DNA of 64,000 nucleotides from an uncultured candidate division Zixibacteria bacterium. GTDB lineage: Bacteria; Zixibacteria; MSB-5A5; UBA10806. Position 1 is the stretch's first letter. Every line of letters starts with the position of its first letter. Below the pieces are notes generated by a model. That model made no database searches, was not told the origin of the DNA, and was given only the letters and a program-made list of their open reading frames with translations. Below, piece by piece: positions 19,516-30,044 of the stretch. Where the stretch lies: contig CAWDFP010000006.1 in NCBI GenBank assembly GCA_963801605.1, positions 1,024,001 through 1,088,000 on the forward strand, written 5' to 3'. Position numbers and translations under genes: made by a program.

Positions 19516-20352
19516 GTGGATATACCTTTTATAAAGATCGAGGGCCTCGGGAACGATTATATCTTTGTCGATGATAGCGTTTTTCGCGGCCGAAAGATGC
19601 GTTTTCCCTCTTTAGCGCGTGCCATTTCCCATAGAAGATTCGGCGTCGGCTCCGATGGATTAATAATCGTAAAAAAAATCGATTCTAAATCAGCTTCCAT
19701 GACAATTTACAATTCAGATGGCTCGCAAGCAGAATTTTGCGGCAATGGACTTCGTGGAACTGCACTTTATATCAAATCTGTTTATAAGGCTAAGGGTAAC
19801 GAGTTTTCCGTTTCCACGAAGTGGAGAGAGTATCGCACGAATATTGTTAAAACCTATGGTAATTCGGCCATGATAAGAGCCTCTTTGGGAGCGCCTTCGT
19901 TCGATTCCAAAGATGTGGGTTTCAATGGCCCCAATTGTCTGGGGGTTGAGGTTACTCCGGCGGGAATTCCACGGCAACTTTACTGCGTCGCTATGCCCAA
20001 TCCTCACGCCGTGATTTTTGTCGATGATTTCGATTTTAGCTGGCAAAATGAAGGCATGATTCTCGAAAAGAGCAAACTCTTCAAAAACGGCATTAATGTC
20101 ATGTTTGCCAGGGTCGATTCGCCAAAGAGGATCTCGCTGATGCCATGGGAACGCGGGTCGGGACCGACCATGGCGTGCGGTTCCGGAGCTGCCGGTGCAA
20201 CTGTGATTTCTAATCTTCTTGAGATGACTAAAGGCCCGGTTACGGTTCAGATGCCGGGTGGGACTCTATTAACCCGTTGGGATATCGCTGAAAATCAGGT
20301 CTACCAGGCCGGACCTGCACGAATAGCATTTTCGGGAACTTATAAAATTTGA
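19516..20352 (+). CDS. dapF: Diaminopimelate epimerase
   Basis: 'GLGNDY', 'EFCGNG', 'NPHAV', 'WERG', 'ACGSG'; both catalytic Cys are present. Confidence 0.93.
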   Translation: MDIPFIKIEGLGNDYIFVDDSVFRGRKMRFPSLARAISHRRFGVGSDGLIIVKKIDSKSASMTIYNSDGSQAEFCGNGLRGTALYIKSVYKAKGNEFSVSTKWREYRTNIVKTYGNSAMIRASLGAPSFDSKDVGFNGPNCLGVEVTPAGIPRQLYCVAMPNPHAVIFVDDFDFSWQNEGMILEKSKLFKNGINVMFARVDSPKRISLMPWERGSGPTMACGSGAAGATVISNLLEMTKGPVTVQMPGGTLLTRWDIAENQVYQAGPARIAFSGTYKI

Positions 20353-22061
20353 AGTCTCTAAAAAACGATATAGCAGAAAAAATCTCGGCCGTTGTCGGAG
20401 TCGATAAGGCCCAGCTAATCGATTTGTTTGAAACCCCGCCATCCGAGGATATGGGCGATCTTGCACTGCCATGTTTCCATTTTTCCAAGATGCTGAGGAA
20501 ATCCCCTTTAGCTGTTGCTATCGATCTGGCAGCCAAAATCCATCCGGACGAACTTTTGGAACGCGCCGAAGCCAAAGGGCCTTATCTCAACTTTTATTAT
20601 CGCCATGATAAAGTTATATCGGATATTCTTGCGGAGATTTCCGAAAAGAAAGAGAAATACGGTCGAGATAATTATGGGGCCGGCAAGACCGTTGTAATCG
20701 ACTATTCGTCTCCAAATATTGCCAAACCATTTGGAATCGGGCATCTGCGATCTACCGTTATTGGCGCGTCACTCAAACGGATTTTCGAACACCGCGGATA
20801 TAAAGTTATCGGCATTAATCATCTCGGTGACTGGGGAACGCAGTTCGGCAAAGTCATCCTGGCATATAAGCTCTGGGGAGATGAAAAGAAACTTGGCATA
20901 AATCCGATCGAGTATCTTTACGATCTGTATGTCAGAATACATCAGGAAGAGGAAAAAGACCTTGCGCTTAAGGAACGAACTCGCGAGGAGTTTAAGAAGC
21001 TCGAATCCGGAGACCCGGAGAATCTTGCTTTATGGAAAAAGTTTTCCGAGCTAAGCCGCCAGGAATTTGACAAAATATATGGCATTTTGGGTATTACGTT
21101 CGAAAGCGTGGCGGGCGAATCGTTTTATAACGATAAAATTGCCTCAACCGCGGAACTTCTCGATAAGAGCGGTCTTCTCTCAGAAAGCCGGGAGGCCACT
21201 ATTGTCGATCTCGAAAAGTATAATCTTCCTCCCCTGCTGATTAAAAAGAGTGATGAGACCACTCTATATGCTACCCGCGATCTGGCCGCGGCTATTTATC
21301 GTCAGAAAACATACAATTTCGATAAAATGCTGTATGTGGTCGGTGTAGCGCAATCTCTTCACTTTAAACAGTTTTTCAAGGTTCTGGAGCTTCTGGGATT
21401 TGATTGGGTAAAAAAATGCCACCATATAAGCTTTGGATGGGTAAAACTTGGCGATGAAATGATGTCGACCCGGAAGGGAAATATCGTTTTTCTGGAAGAT
21501 GTTATTTCAAAGGCAGTGGAGCTGGCCCAAAAAATAATAAAGCAGGGTAGCCCCGATCTTCCCGATCCCGAAAAAACCGCTCGTGACGTGGGAATCGGCG
21601 CGGTGGTATTCACCGATCTTGCTTTCAGGAGAGATACCGATATTTCTTTTGATTGGGATCGAATGCTCGATTTCTCGGGTAACAGCGGACCTTACCTGCA
21701 ATACAGCTACGCTCGCATATCGAGCATATTTAGAAAATATGGCAAGCCGATGCCATTGAATTATTCACCGAACGAACTAACGCTTCCCGAAGAATATTCA
21801 TTGGTTAAAAAACTAAGCTATTATCCCGAGATTATCGCAAAAGCGGCGGAGGAGTGTGAACCATTTTATATTTCAACTTTTCTTCTTGAACTTTGCGGAC
21901 TTTTTAACACATATTATCAAAAATACAAATCCGCGGAGGATAGAGTTCTTTCAAATAATAATGATAAAACCGAAGCTCGACTGGCACTGGTAAATTCAGT
22001 AAGATATGTGCTTGGCTCCGGTTTATCCATTCTGGGCCTCACGGCTCCGGAGATGATGTAA
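20349..22061 (+). CDS. argS: Arginyl-tRNA synthetase
   Basis: 'DYSSPNIAKPFGIGHLRST', 'NHLGDWGTQFG', 'MSTRKG', 'GPYLQYSYARI', C-terminal 'PEMM'. Confidence 0.97.
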   Translation: MKSLKNDIAEKISAVVGVDKAQLIDLFETPPSEDMGDLALPCFHFSKMLRKSPLAVAIDLAAKIHPDELLERAEAKGPYLNFYYRHDKVISDILAEISEKKEKYGRDNYGAGKTVVIDYSSPNIAKPFGIGHLRSTVIGASLKRIFEHRGYKVIGINHLGDWGTQFGKVILAYKLWGDEKKLGINPIEYLYDLYVRIHQEEEKDLALKERTREEFKKLESGDPENLALWKKFSELSRQEFDKIYGILGITFESVAGESFYNDKIASTAELLDKSGLLSESREATIVDLEKYNLPPLLIKKSDETTLYATRDLAAAIYRQKTYNFDKMLYVVGVAQSLHFKQFFKVLELLGFDWVKKCHHISFGWVKLGDEMMSTRKGNIVFLEDVISKAVELAQKIIKQGSPDLPDPEKTARDVGIGAVVFTDLAFRRDTDISFDWDRMLDFSGNSGPYLQYSYARISSIFRKYGKPMPLNYSPNELTLPEEYSLVKKLSYYPEIIAKAAEECEPFYISTFLLELCGLFNTYYQKYKSAEDRVLSNNNDKTEARLALVNSVRYVLGSGLSILGLTAPEMM

Positions 22062-22103
22062 GGTCAATTAACATTTAATCTTCAAGATAAAGCATTAATT
22101 AGT

Positions 22104-23485
22104 ATGGATAAAATTATAAATCCCGTTCGCAAACTTCAGGGAGTTATTAAAGTCCCCGGGGATAACCCAATCTCGCATCGTATCGCTTTTCTTTCGGCGG
22201 TATGCGAGGGGCCGGTTGAGATAACCAACTACTCGTCAGGAATGGAAGCCCAATCCGCCTTAATCTGTCTTTCTCAATTGGGAGTTGAAATTGAGCGCCC
22301 GGAGGGATAAAACCATCATCCACGGCAGGGGCATGCATAATATTAAAAAGCCCGATCAGCCAATCAATGTCGGGACCTCAGTGATTGCCGCACGCATTAT
22401 TTGCGGAATCCTTGCCACCTGCGATTTTGAATCCGAACTTATTTGCGATGATATCATATCTAATTTGCCCATGAGGAGAATAATCGAACCCCTGGAGCAA
22501 ATGGGAGCCAAAATCGAATCCAATAATTATCGCTTTCCTCTTAAGATTAAAGGCGGGAAACTAAAGGGTATCCGGTACGCTATGCCCGTTCCCTCCTCGC
22601 AGGTGAAAGGCGCTCTGCTTATTGCCGGGATGACCGCCGATGGAGTTACCGAAATTATCGAACGCATGCCCAGCCGCGACCATTTGGAGCGCTTGTTGAC
22701 ATACTTTGGAGTTCGTTTGCGCAAGAGCAGAGTCGAACCTAAAGCATCCAACGAAGATCCGCTCGCCAAACGATTCAAAAAGGCAGCGGGAATTGTCTCG
22801 CCCGACATCAAAGGAGATATGATTTCAATCCGCGGCGGGCAAAAGGCAATCCCTAAAGCGGTGATAGTCCCTGGCGATCTATCTGCCGCCTCCTATTTTA
22901 TTATCGCCGGTCTACTTGGTGGATGGCTCAGAAATTCGAGTAGATGATGTCGGCTTAAATCCTACCAGGCTGGGATTTGTCGAAGTTCTTAAAAAGATGA
23001 AAGCCCCCATCACGGTCAAGCAAACCGGTGAATACGGATTCGAACCAGTGGGCAGCATCGAGATAAAATCGGCCAATATCAAAGGGCGACGAATGGTTGG
23101 AGAGCTTATCCCCAGCATTATTGATGAACTTCCTGTAATGGCCATAGTTGCCGCTGCTGCTCAGGGCACATCCGTCATTCGCGATGCCTATGAGCTTCGC
23201 CATCAGAAAACCGATCGCATTAAAACTATCGCCGGTAATCTTCGCAAAATGGGAGTTAAAGTCGGCGAGCTCGAGGACGGCCTGGCAATCGATGGTGGTA
23301 CTGAGCTTGAAGGGGCCGAAATCGAAACTTTCGGCGATCACCGCATTGCCATGTCATTTGCTATTGCGGCGTTAATTGCCAAGGGCCAGTCGGTGATTAA
23401 AGATGCGGAATGCGTCGAGGTCAATTATCCCGGCTTCTGGGACGATTTCGACATGCTTGTCAACGGGGAGCTTCCCAGGGCTTAG
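22104..23485 (+). CDS. AroA (EPSP synthase) homologue with a degenerate PEP site (indels near 22305 and 22920)
   Basis: AroA landmarks 'VPGD..ISHR', 'SSQVKG', 'SRDHLER', 'VPGDLSAA', 'LNPTR', 'IDELP', 'TDRI', 'DHRIAMS', but key residues are substituted (see findings). Confidence 0.85.
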
Positions 23486-23505
23486 CGCTCCCGAGGCATA
23501 ATCTC

Positions 23506-23937
23506 ATCGAAAAGCGGTTTATCCATGCAGCAAGCGAGGGGTTCCGAAGCGGAATCCGCGCTTTCTACAAGCTTTCGACCATTATGATACCGGTATATCT
23601 GGTTGTTGCTCTCCTGAAATTAACTCCATTATTCGATATCTTGAGTAGATTTTTTCAGCCCTTTATGACCTACTTTGGTCTTCCGGGAAACTCGGCTCTA
23701 GCCTATGTCACGGGCACCTTCGTAAATCTATATGCCGCGCTTGCCATAGTTGCAGGAATCGATATAACCGGCCGTCAGGTTACCATTCTGGCAATCATGC
23801 TGGGGATATCGCATTCGCAAATTATGGAAGGAGCCGTTCTGGCCAAGATGAAGGCTCGTCCGGTTATAGTCACCATAGCGCGAGTCGTGTTTTCGCTGCT
23901 CTGCGGGTTCGTCCTTAATTTGGTGATGCCGGAATAA
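23506..23937 (+). CDS. Nucleoside-recognition (Gate) domain membrane protein, SpmA-like; start uncertain
   Basis: 'PFMTYFGLPG..A..TG..VNLYAA..QVTILA..HS..ME'. No canonical start between the aroA-like stop and 23584; GAGG precedes ATC at 23506. Confidence 0.7.
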   Translation: MEKRFIHAASEGFRSGIRAFYKLSTIMIPVYLVVALLKLTPLFDILSRFFQPFMTYFGLPGNSALAYVTGTFVNLYAALAIVAGIDITGRQVTILAIMLGISHSQIMEGAVLAKMKARPVIVTIARVVFSLLCGFVLNLVMPE

Positions 23938-23939
23938 GT

Positions 23940-24378
23940 ATGGATTTTGCCCTCGATACTCTGATGGGACTTGGCAGCCTTCTTTTGAAGGTCTTTCTAA
24001 TTGTGGTTCCTCTCATGGTGCTTCTCGAGGTTTCCCGCGAGTACAAAGTACCTCGATAAGTTGATTCACGGCAGTTACCCTATTACCCGCCGGATGGGAT
24101 TAAAGCGCGATTCAATTTATCCTCTTATCGCCGGAATTATATTTGGAATTTCATACGGCGCCGGAGTCTTAATTGGTGAATCCGATTCAGGGCGTATCAA
24201 GGGCAATCAAATGTTTTTGGTGGCGCTATTTCTTGGAATATGTCATTCTATACTCGAGGATACGCTGTTGTTTGCAGCGCAGGGCGCCAATGGTTTTGTC
24301 ATTCTCGGGGTGCGGATTCCATTGGCCATAATTATTGTATTTTTTGCGTCATTAATACTGCGGGAGAAATCCGATTAG
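23940..24378 (+). CDS. Nucleoside-recognition (Gate) domain membrane protein, SpmB-like (indel near 24045)
   Basis: 'MDFALDTL..VPLMVLLE' joins 'AGIIFGISYGAG..CHSILEDTLLF'. Confidence 0.8.
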
Positions 24379-24745
24379 CACCAGATCCAAAGGCGCCAGG
24401 GCAGAGCAAGTTGCGGTCTCATACCTGAAATCGCAAGGCTATATCATTATCGCCACCAATTGGCGGAAGAAAACATTCGAGATCGATATCGTTGCCCGCT
24501 TAGGGGATGACCTTATTTTCGTGGAAGTGAAATCATCCCGAAACACCGCGTTTGGGCCTCCGGAATTAAGAGTTAATAAAACCAAGCAAAAGCGCCTGAT
24601 TACCGCCGGATGGGAATATCTTTCACAAATTGATTGGGAGCCGGTCGGCGTCAGGTTTGACGTTATCGCCATTACGTGGCCATTTGGCAAATCTCCTGAA
24701 ATCTGCCACTTGGAATCGGCTTTTACGGCTGATGTTGATGACTGA
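24374..24745 (+). CDS. YraN (UPF0102) endonuclease-like protein
   Basis: Frame upstream of the called ORF reads 'KGARAEQVAVSYLKSQGY.IIATNWR..EIDIVA..IFVEVK..RFDVIAI'. The apparent start is ATT at 24374. Confidence 0.85.
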   Translation: MSTRSKGARAEQVAVSYLKSQGYIIIATNWRKKTFEIDIVARLGDDLIFVEVKSSRNTAFGPPELRVNKTKQKRLITAGWEYLSQIDWEPVGVRFDVIAITWPFGKSPEICHLESAFTADVDD

Positions 24746-25097
24746 TAGTAAGAGTATCAGGCTCCTTTACTTTTCTTAGCGAATCGAGCCTGCCGGTAAT
24801 ATTATTCCAAACTTGAACGCTTTTATTCAGATCTTTCGATAGCTTGTTCCCATAGTTGGCCATCCAAATAGAATCGGTTCCGTACTTAATATATATTTTG
24901 TCGATTGCCAATTTTAGAGAATCAGATGCGTTATATTTTTCTTTGGCGATTGAAATAGCCAAATAGGTCAGGATGAAACGGTTATCATTGGATTTACGAT
25001 AATTTAAAAACCGGGACCTGGCGCCAATGGCCGCCGCGATCCCGGCTAAAATTATTATCAGGATTATCGTTAACTTCGCAAACGGCTTAACTGCCAT
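24723..25097 (-). CDS. Membrane-anchored hypothetical protein (DUF4296-like)
   Basis: N-terminal TM helix then helical 'IYIKYG.D....W..I..RLDSL'. Overlaps the ppiD-like stop. Confidence 0.55.
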   Translation of the reverse strand: MAVKPFAKLTIILIIILAGIAAAIGARSRFLNYRKSNDNRFILTYLAISIAKEKYNASDSLKLAIDKIYIKYGTDSIWMANYGNKLSKDLNKSVQVWNNITGRLDSLRKVKEPDTLTISHQHQP

Positions 25098-26961
25098 AGT
25101 ACGTTGAACGGAAATCCTCTATCTTCGAATTTTGTTTAAGGCTGTTGATCCACTTGCTCCAGATATCTTTTCTCTTGGTGTTGATCATCTCGTTTGTCAG
25201 TGAATCAGCCGCCACCGTAAACTGTGTGGTATCTGCCGGTTGATGATCGACGAATTTCAGTAAGAATGAACCGGTACGCGAACTAACCGCTTTCGAATAT
25301 GGTTTTGACGGTGAAAGGGCGAAGGCCGCACCTATAAAATCTGGATCACTGCCGATTTTGGGTACGAATTGAGAGCGGCTGAAAAGTCCGGTTTCCAATA
25401 TCGGTTTCCCGGTTTCGAGAGCGATTTCCTGGAAAGTTTTGCCGCGAGACATTTGCTCGGCAAGTTCCTCGCCTCTCTTATGAGCCATATCAACTCGCTT
25501 TTCGCGCAGAATTGTATTCTGGAGACGATCCTTAATATCGGCGTATGGCGCAATGCCGGCCGGAGTCCTGCGTTCGATCTGAACCAGGAAATAGCCGTTT
25601 CTGGTGGAAACGACATCGGAAAGCTCACCCGGTTTGCCGATAAAAGCAAAATCGTTGAGTTGCTGATTCTGTCCGATTGCCGGTACACTTGGGCCTTTGG
25701 GAAAAGGCCTGCTTTCAGTTACGGTTAGCCCATACTGCTCAGCCGCTTTTTTAAGACCGAGATTTTCGGCGTCGGCTTTGAGGTTGTTCATCTTTTGTTC
25801 AAGATCGGCCAGCGTTTGAGAGGATGCCTGGGACAATATCAATATATGGCTGGCCATGTATTCGACTTTATCTTTACCATCCGGACCCTTGGTTGAGCGC
25901 TTGCCCGTCAGCTTTACTATATGCCATCCAAACTGCGATTTAAACGGAGCTGAGATATCGTTAATGTTTTTAAGGCTCGCGGTCGCATCCCAGAATTCCT
26001 TGACCATTCGGCCTTCGCCAAACCAGCCTAGATCGCCTCCCTTTTTACCGGAACCGGGATCCTCGGAGCGCGCCATTGCCAGGGTCGCGAAATCAGCGCC
26101 GCCTAATAACTGCTGATAGATGCTATCGATCACGACTTTGGATTCCTTCGAGTCGGCCTCGCTGGGTGTTTTCGGCATCTGAACGTAACTGATAATTGCC
26201 ATTTCCGGCTGTTTGAATTGGTCTTTGTCCTTTTCATAACGGGCTTTAATCTCATCCTCCGGTACCTTAGTGATGGTAGAGTCATAATCGCCGCCGGGGA
26301 TAAAGATATACTGAACGTTGATCTTGTCGTTTTTATCGACATAGTCGTTCTTGGCATCATCCTGGGTAATTCTCACATTGGAGAGCACAAAATCCTGAAG
26401 TCTGGAGACCAGAAGTTGCTGACGAATCTGAGTTTCGAAATCGGTGATGATGGTTTGGGCTCGCGGGTCTTGCGATGCTGCCAACTGCTGCAGCCACATC
26501 TGGTATTTGCTGAGATCGAACTTACCGTCGGTGGCGAAATCTTTCGACTGCTGGATATCTCTGGGAGGCGATTGCCTCATATAATCGGCGACTTCGGGGT
26601 CGGTAACCGCGATACCATGCTTCTTGGCCTCCTGTTCCAGAAGGGCCAGGGTGGTCATGCTATTCCAGATATCGTTGCGGGCCTGCTCCAGCTCGGCGTC
26701 GGTTGGCTCGATAATTTCCTTGGTCAGGGAATCTTCTTTGGTCAGGGCCTGCATCCGTCTGCGGTAGCTTTCGTCGAAGGTATTGTGGCTGAGTTGTTCG
26801 CCATTGACAATGCCAATAACTCCGGGGGGCGCTGCGCCTCCCTGTGCCCGGTTTTTGCCAGAAAGAAGGGAGACCACTCCGCCATAGGCCATAAAGCCCA
26901 CAAAGGTGACCAGGACTATGAAGAAGATGATCTTGGCTGAATTTCGCATTGTCTGCATCAT
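25087..26961 (-). CDS. PpiD/SurA-type periplasmic peptidyl-prolyl isomerase
   Basis: N-terminal anchor 'MMQTMRNSAK' and parvulin motifs 'FATLA..SEDPGS..GGDLGWF..MV.EF..SQFGWHI'. Confidence 0.9.
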   Translation of the reverse strand: MMQTMRNSAKIIFFIVLVTFVGFMAYGGVVSLLSGKNRAQGGAAPPGVIGIVNGEQLSHNTFDESYRRRMQALTKEDSLTKEIIEPTDAELEQARNDIWNSMTTLALLEQEAKKHGIAVTDPEVADYMRQSPPRDIQQSKDFATDGKFDLSKYQMWLQQLAASQDPRAQTIITDFETQIRQQLLVSRLQDFVLSNVRITQDDAKNDYVDKNDKINVQYIFIPGGDYDSTITKVPEDEIKARYEKDKDQFKQPEMAIISYVQMPKTPSEADSKESKVVIDSIYQQLLGGADFATLAMARSEDPGSGKKGGDLGWFGEGRMVKEFWDATASLKNINDISAPFKSQFGWHIVKLTGKRSTKGPDGKDKVEYMASHILILSQASSQTLADLEQKMNNLKADAENLGLKKAAEQYGLTVTESRPFPKGPSVPAIGQNQQLNDFAFIGKPGELSDVVSTRNGYFLVQIERRTPAGIAPYADIKDRLQNTILREKRVDMAHKRGEELAEQMSRGKTFQEIALETGKPILETGLFSRSQFVPKIGSDPDFIGAAFALSPSKPYSKAVSSRTGSFLLKFVDHQPADTTQFTVAADSLTNEMINTKRKDIWSKWINSLKQNSKIEDFRSTYYGS

Positions 26962-27188
26962 AATTTTATCTCTCCACTAATTATTTCGATCAATCGGACT
27001 TTCCCGAAAACCAAGTAAAATATATGGTTTGAGGGGTAGAAGCAAGGAGAAAATGGGGGCGAAAATAGGAGCCTGAGTTTCGGATTAAGCATACATTATT
27101 TCCATTTTTAACTTGACAAAGGCGACCCGCGCCCCCATTATTTTAGTGCATACATTGTTTTGCCTTCTTTGAAAGAATTTTTCTGGAG

Positions 27189-28409
27189 GTGCCCTTGAAA
27201 GCGCCAATCAAGATTATTGGGATAATCGTTTTGCTTCTACCAGCCATATATTTATTGGCATACGCCGGTTGGACCGAGCCGGTGCCGGTTCAAGAGCTTA
27301 ATATGAGCGGCGATGAATTGACCGCCCTATCTTTCAGCAGACGGTCAGATAATGATGTTTTCGGCGCCAAGGTACCGTTACAATGAGCCATTGGAATGGA
27401 ACTTCGTGGGGGCCAAGAGAATACTTGCCCGCGCCAATTAACTATGAAGGTCTACAGCGGCAAGCCGCAATAACACCCGACCTACATTGGATTTACTGGG
27501 TTTCGTGGAGGGCGGGTGGAATGGGGATGTGGGATATCTGGCGAGCGAGTTGGGATGATAGCAGCCATACATGCGGACCGGCTGAATGCCTAGGACCGAA
27601 TGTGAATTCAGTCGGATATAGAATGGAGCATTTGCTTTACATTCGAGCGGCAATCGTATGTATTTCGTAACCGATACCTATCAAAAGAATGGACAATATG
27701 GCTTTGGATCAATGGATATTTGGTACGCCGATTGGGATAGTACGCTCGGAGATTGGGGAGAACCATCTAATCTAGGTCCGCTGATTAATACTACCGATAT
27801 AGAACAATCCCCATATTTATCGGCAAACGATTCTACGCTTATATTTTGTATGCGCCGGTGGCCATAGAGCTTCCAGGCTGGCAAGGGGGTGATGATATTT
27901 ACGTAGCATTTGGTAATGGTTCGGTTTGGGATAGCGTTCAAAATATAGGACCGCCAATTAATTCACCCACTTGGGAATGGGGTCCGACAATAACGCCGGA
28001 CAATCTTAAGCTATATTTTTGTACGCATCGCAATAGGGATCCTAATGCGGATTATGAATTAATGGTATCTACTTGGGAGCCAGAGGGAATAGAGGATGAT
28101 AATATAGAACCCGAGGGATAATACAATTAAGCGTTGATTGTATACCCCAATCCGTTTAACGAACAAGTTGAAATTCGAATAGAAGCCTTAGGTCAGAAAC
28201 GGAAAGCACAGCCGAAATCGCGATTTATGACATAGGTGGGCAGAAAGTGAGGGAGTATGTCATAGCACTATAAGAGCGATGGCCGTGGAAGAGCAACATG
28301 GGACAGCAAGAATCGACAGGGCCAAAAGGTAGGAACCGGAAATTACATACTTACAGCTCGTATACCGGGCGGGCAAAAGACACAAAAAATAGTTACCCTG
28401 CTTAAATAA
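27189..28409 (+). CDS. Secreted PD40/WD40-like beta-propeller protein with FlgD/T9SS-like C-terminus, copy 1 (several indels)
   Basis: Fragments 27189-27386, 27383-27670, 27658-27867 and 27846-28121 are colinear with copy 2. 'YPNPFN' near 28141; ends '..VTLLK*' at 28409. Confidence 0.8.
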
Positions 28410-28497
28410 TGCATTTTTTATTGACAACTTTATCTGTGTATATTTGGAATAACGATGTATCAATATTAATCCGGTCGCTTTTAGGAAAATCAATAAT

Positions 28498-29686
28498 ATG
28501 AAACGAATTCTTCTGACAATTATTTTGGCTCCATTGTTGAGTCTTTTGGCCTCCCCCGCCTTTGCCGGTTGGACAGAGCCGGTGCCGGTTCAAGAGCTAA
28601 ATATGAGCGGCGATGAACTATTACCGAATCTTTCTGCAGACGGTCAAATTATGATGTTTTCTGCTCAAGGTACGGTTACAATGAGCCATTGGAATGGAAC
28701 TTCATGGGGGCCGAGAGAATATTTGCCATCGCCAATTAATTATATCGGCTTACAAGATGAGGCCGCAATTACCCCGGATAAGCGTTGGATATATTGGGTT
28801 TCCTGGCGTGAGGGCGGAATAGGAATGTGGGATATCTGGCGGGCAAGTTGGGATGATAGCAGCCATACTTGCGGGCCAGCGGAGTGTTTGGGACCTAATA
28901 TCAATTCATCAGATATTGAGTGGGGATTATGTTTTTCCTCGGACGGCGAACGCATATTTTTTGTCACCGATACGCGTAACAAAAATGGGCAATATGGTTT
29001 TGGATCAATGGATATTTGGTATTCCAACTGGGATACAGTAATTAATGATTGGGGCGAGGCGTATAATTTGGGACCACTTATTAATACAACCGATACGGAA
29101 GAAACCCCGTATATTTCTGCAACAGGAGATACTCTTTATTTTTCATGCGCTGGGGGTCATCATTTGCCCGGCTGGCAAGGGGGATACGATATATATATAG
29201 CGGTCGCGAGTAATAATGAATGGATATATGCCGAAAATATCTTGCCTCCAATTAATTCGCAAACCTGGGATTTCGGTCCGACAATAACTCCCAATGGACT
29301 ATATTTATATTTTACTTCGCCTCGGGAAAGAAATCCAAATTTTGATTATGAATTGATGGTGTCCTATTGGGAACCTGATGGTATAGATGACGATAAAGAA
29401 CCGAGAGACAATTCAATTAGGGTAGAATGTTATCCTAATCCGTTTAACGAACAGATAGAAATACAGGCTTATTCTACTGGACGAAAGCACTGCCGAAATT
29501 TCTATTTATGACATAAATGGCCAGAAAGTGAGGGAATATGGTCTAAGTATCAGTAATGGCTATGGAAGGACAACATGGGATAGTAAAAATCAACAGGGCC
29601 AAAAGGTAGCAACGGGGAATTATATAGTAAGGGCTGATTTCCCAGATGGCAAAGAGATTAGAAAATTAATTACTTTGTTGAAATAA
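28498..29686 (+). CDS. Secreted PD40/WD40-like beta-propeller protein with FlgD/T9SS-like C-terminus, copy 2 (indel near 29485)
   Basis: Signal peptide 'MKRILL..AFA', repeats 'NLGPLINT..P.IS..G..LYF', 'YPNPFN'; ends '..ITLLK*'. Confidence 0.85.
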
Positions 29687-29709
29687 TGTATCTAGACAAG
29701 GAGGCCAAA

Positions 29710-29808
29710 TTGAAACGGCTGTTTATTGCTGTAGCCCCAATATTACTATTCCTTAGCCTGTCTCAAACGGTTTCCATTCTGAAAATAAAAATTCGACGAA
29801 AACTCTAA
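29710..29808 (+). pseudogene. Signal-peptide-only remnant (32 aa) after the tandem pair
   Basis: AAGGAGG RBS, TTG start, 'MKRLFIAVAPILLFLSLSQTVS' and an early stop. Confidence 0.4.
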
Positions 29809-30044
29809 AGTGTTTTCGCGCAAACGGGTATTTATAAGAGCATGGGGCGATGTTGCGGTGGTTGGATTGCCGATATAGGCACTAAACAGATTAAGTAAAA
29901 TACCGTAAGCCTCAGTCGCTTTGATTTGCCAGATGCCAAGTGGCTATGGACTCGGAGGGAAGGAGGGGGGATAAAGAATATCAATGCGCGGAAAGCGACT
30001 GGTGCCAAACTGGCTTAAAAAAGGAGTGGCTACCTCCCCCGAAT

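Noticed and set aside
22300..22315. Stop-codon readthrough or recoding in the aroA-like gene
   Set aside because: Homology resumes in a different frame, so this is an indel and not readthrough.
23486..24378. Sporulation capacity inferred from SpmA/B-like genes and spoVG
   Set aside because: Both families are widespread in non-sporulating bacteria and no core sporulation genes are in the window.
26218..26940. 240-aa plus-strand ORF (and similar ones such as 7121-7753 and 45854-46507)
   Set aside because: Antisense shadows of well-supported genes.
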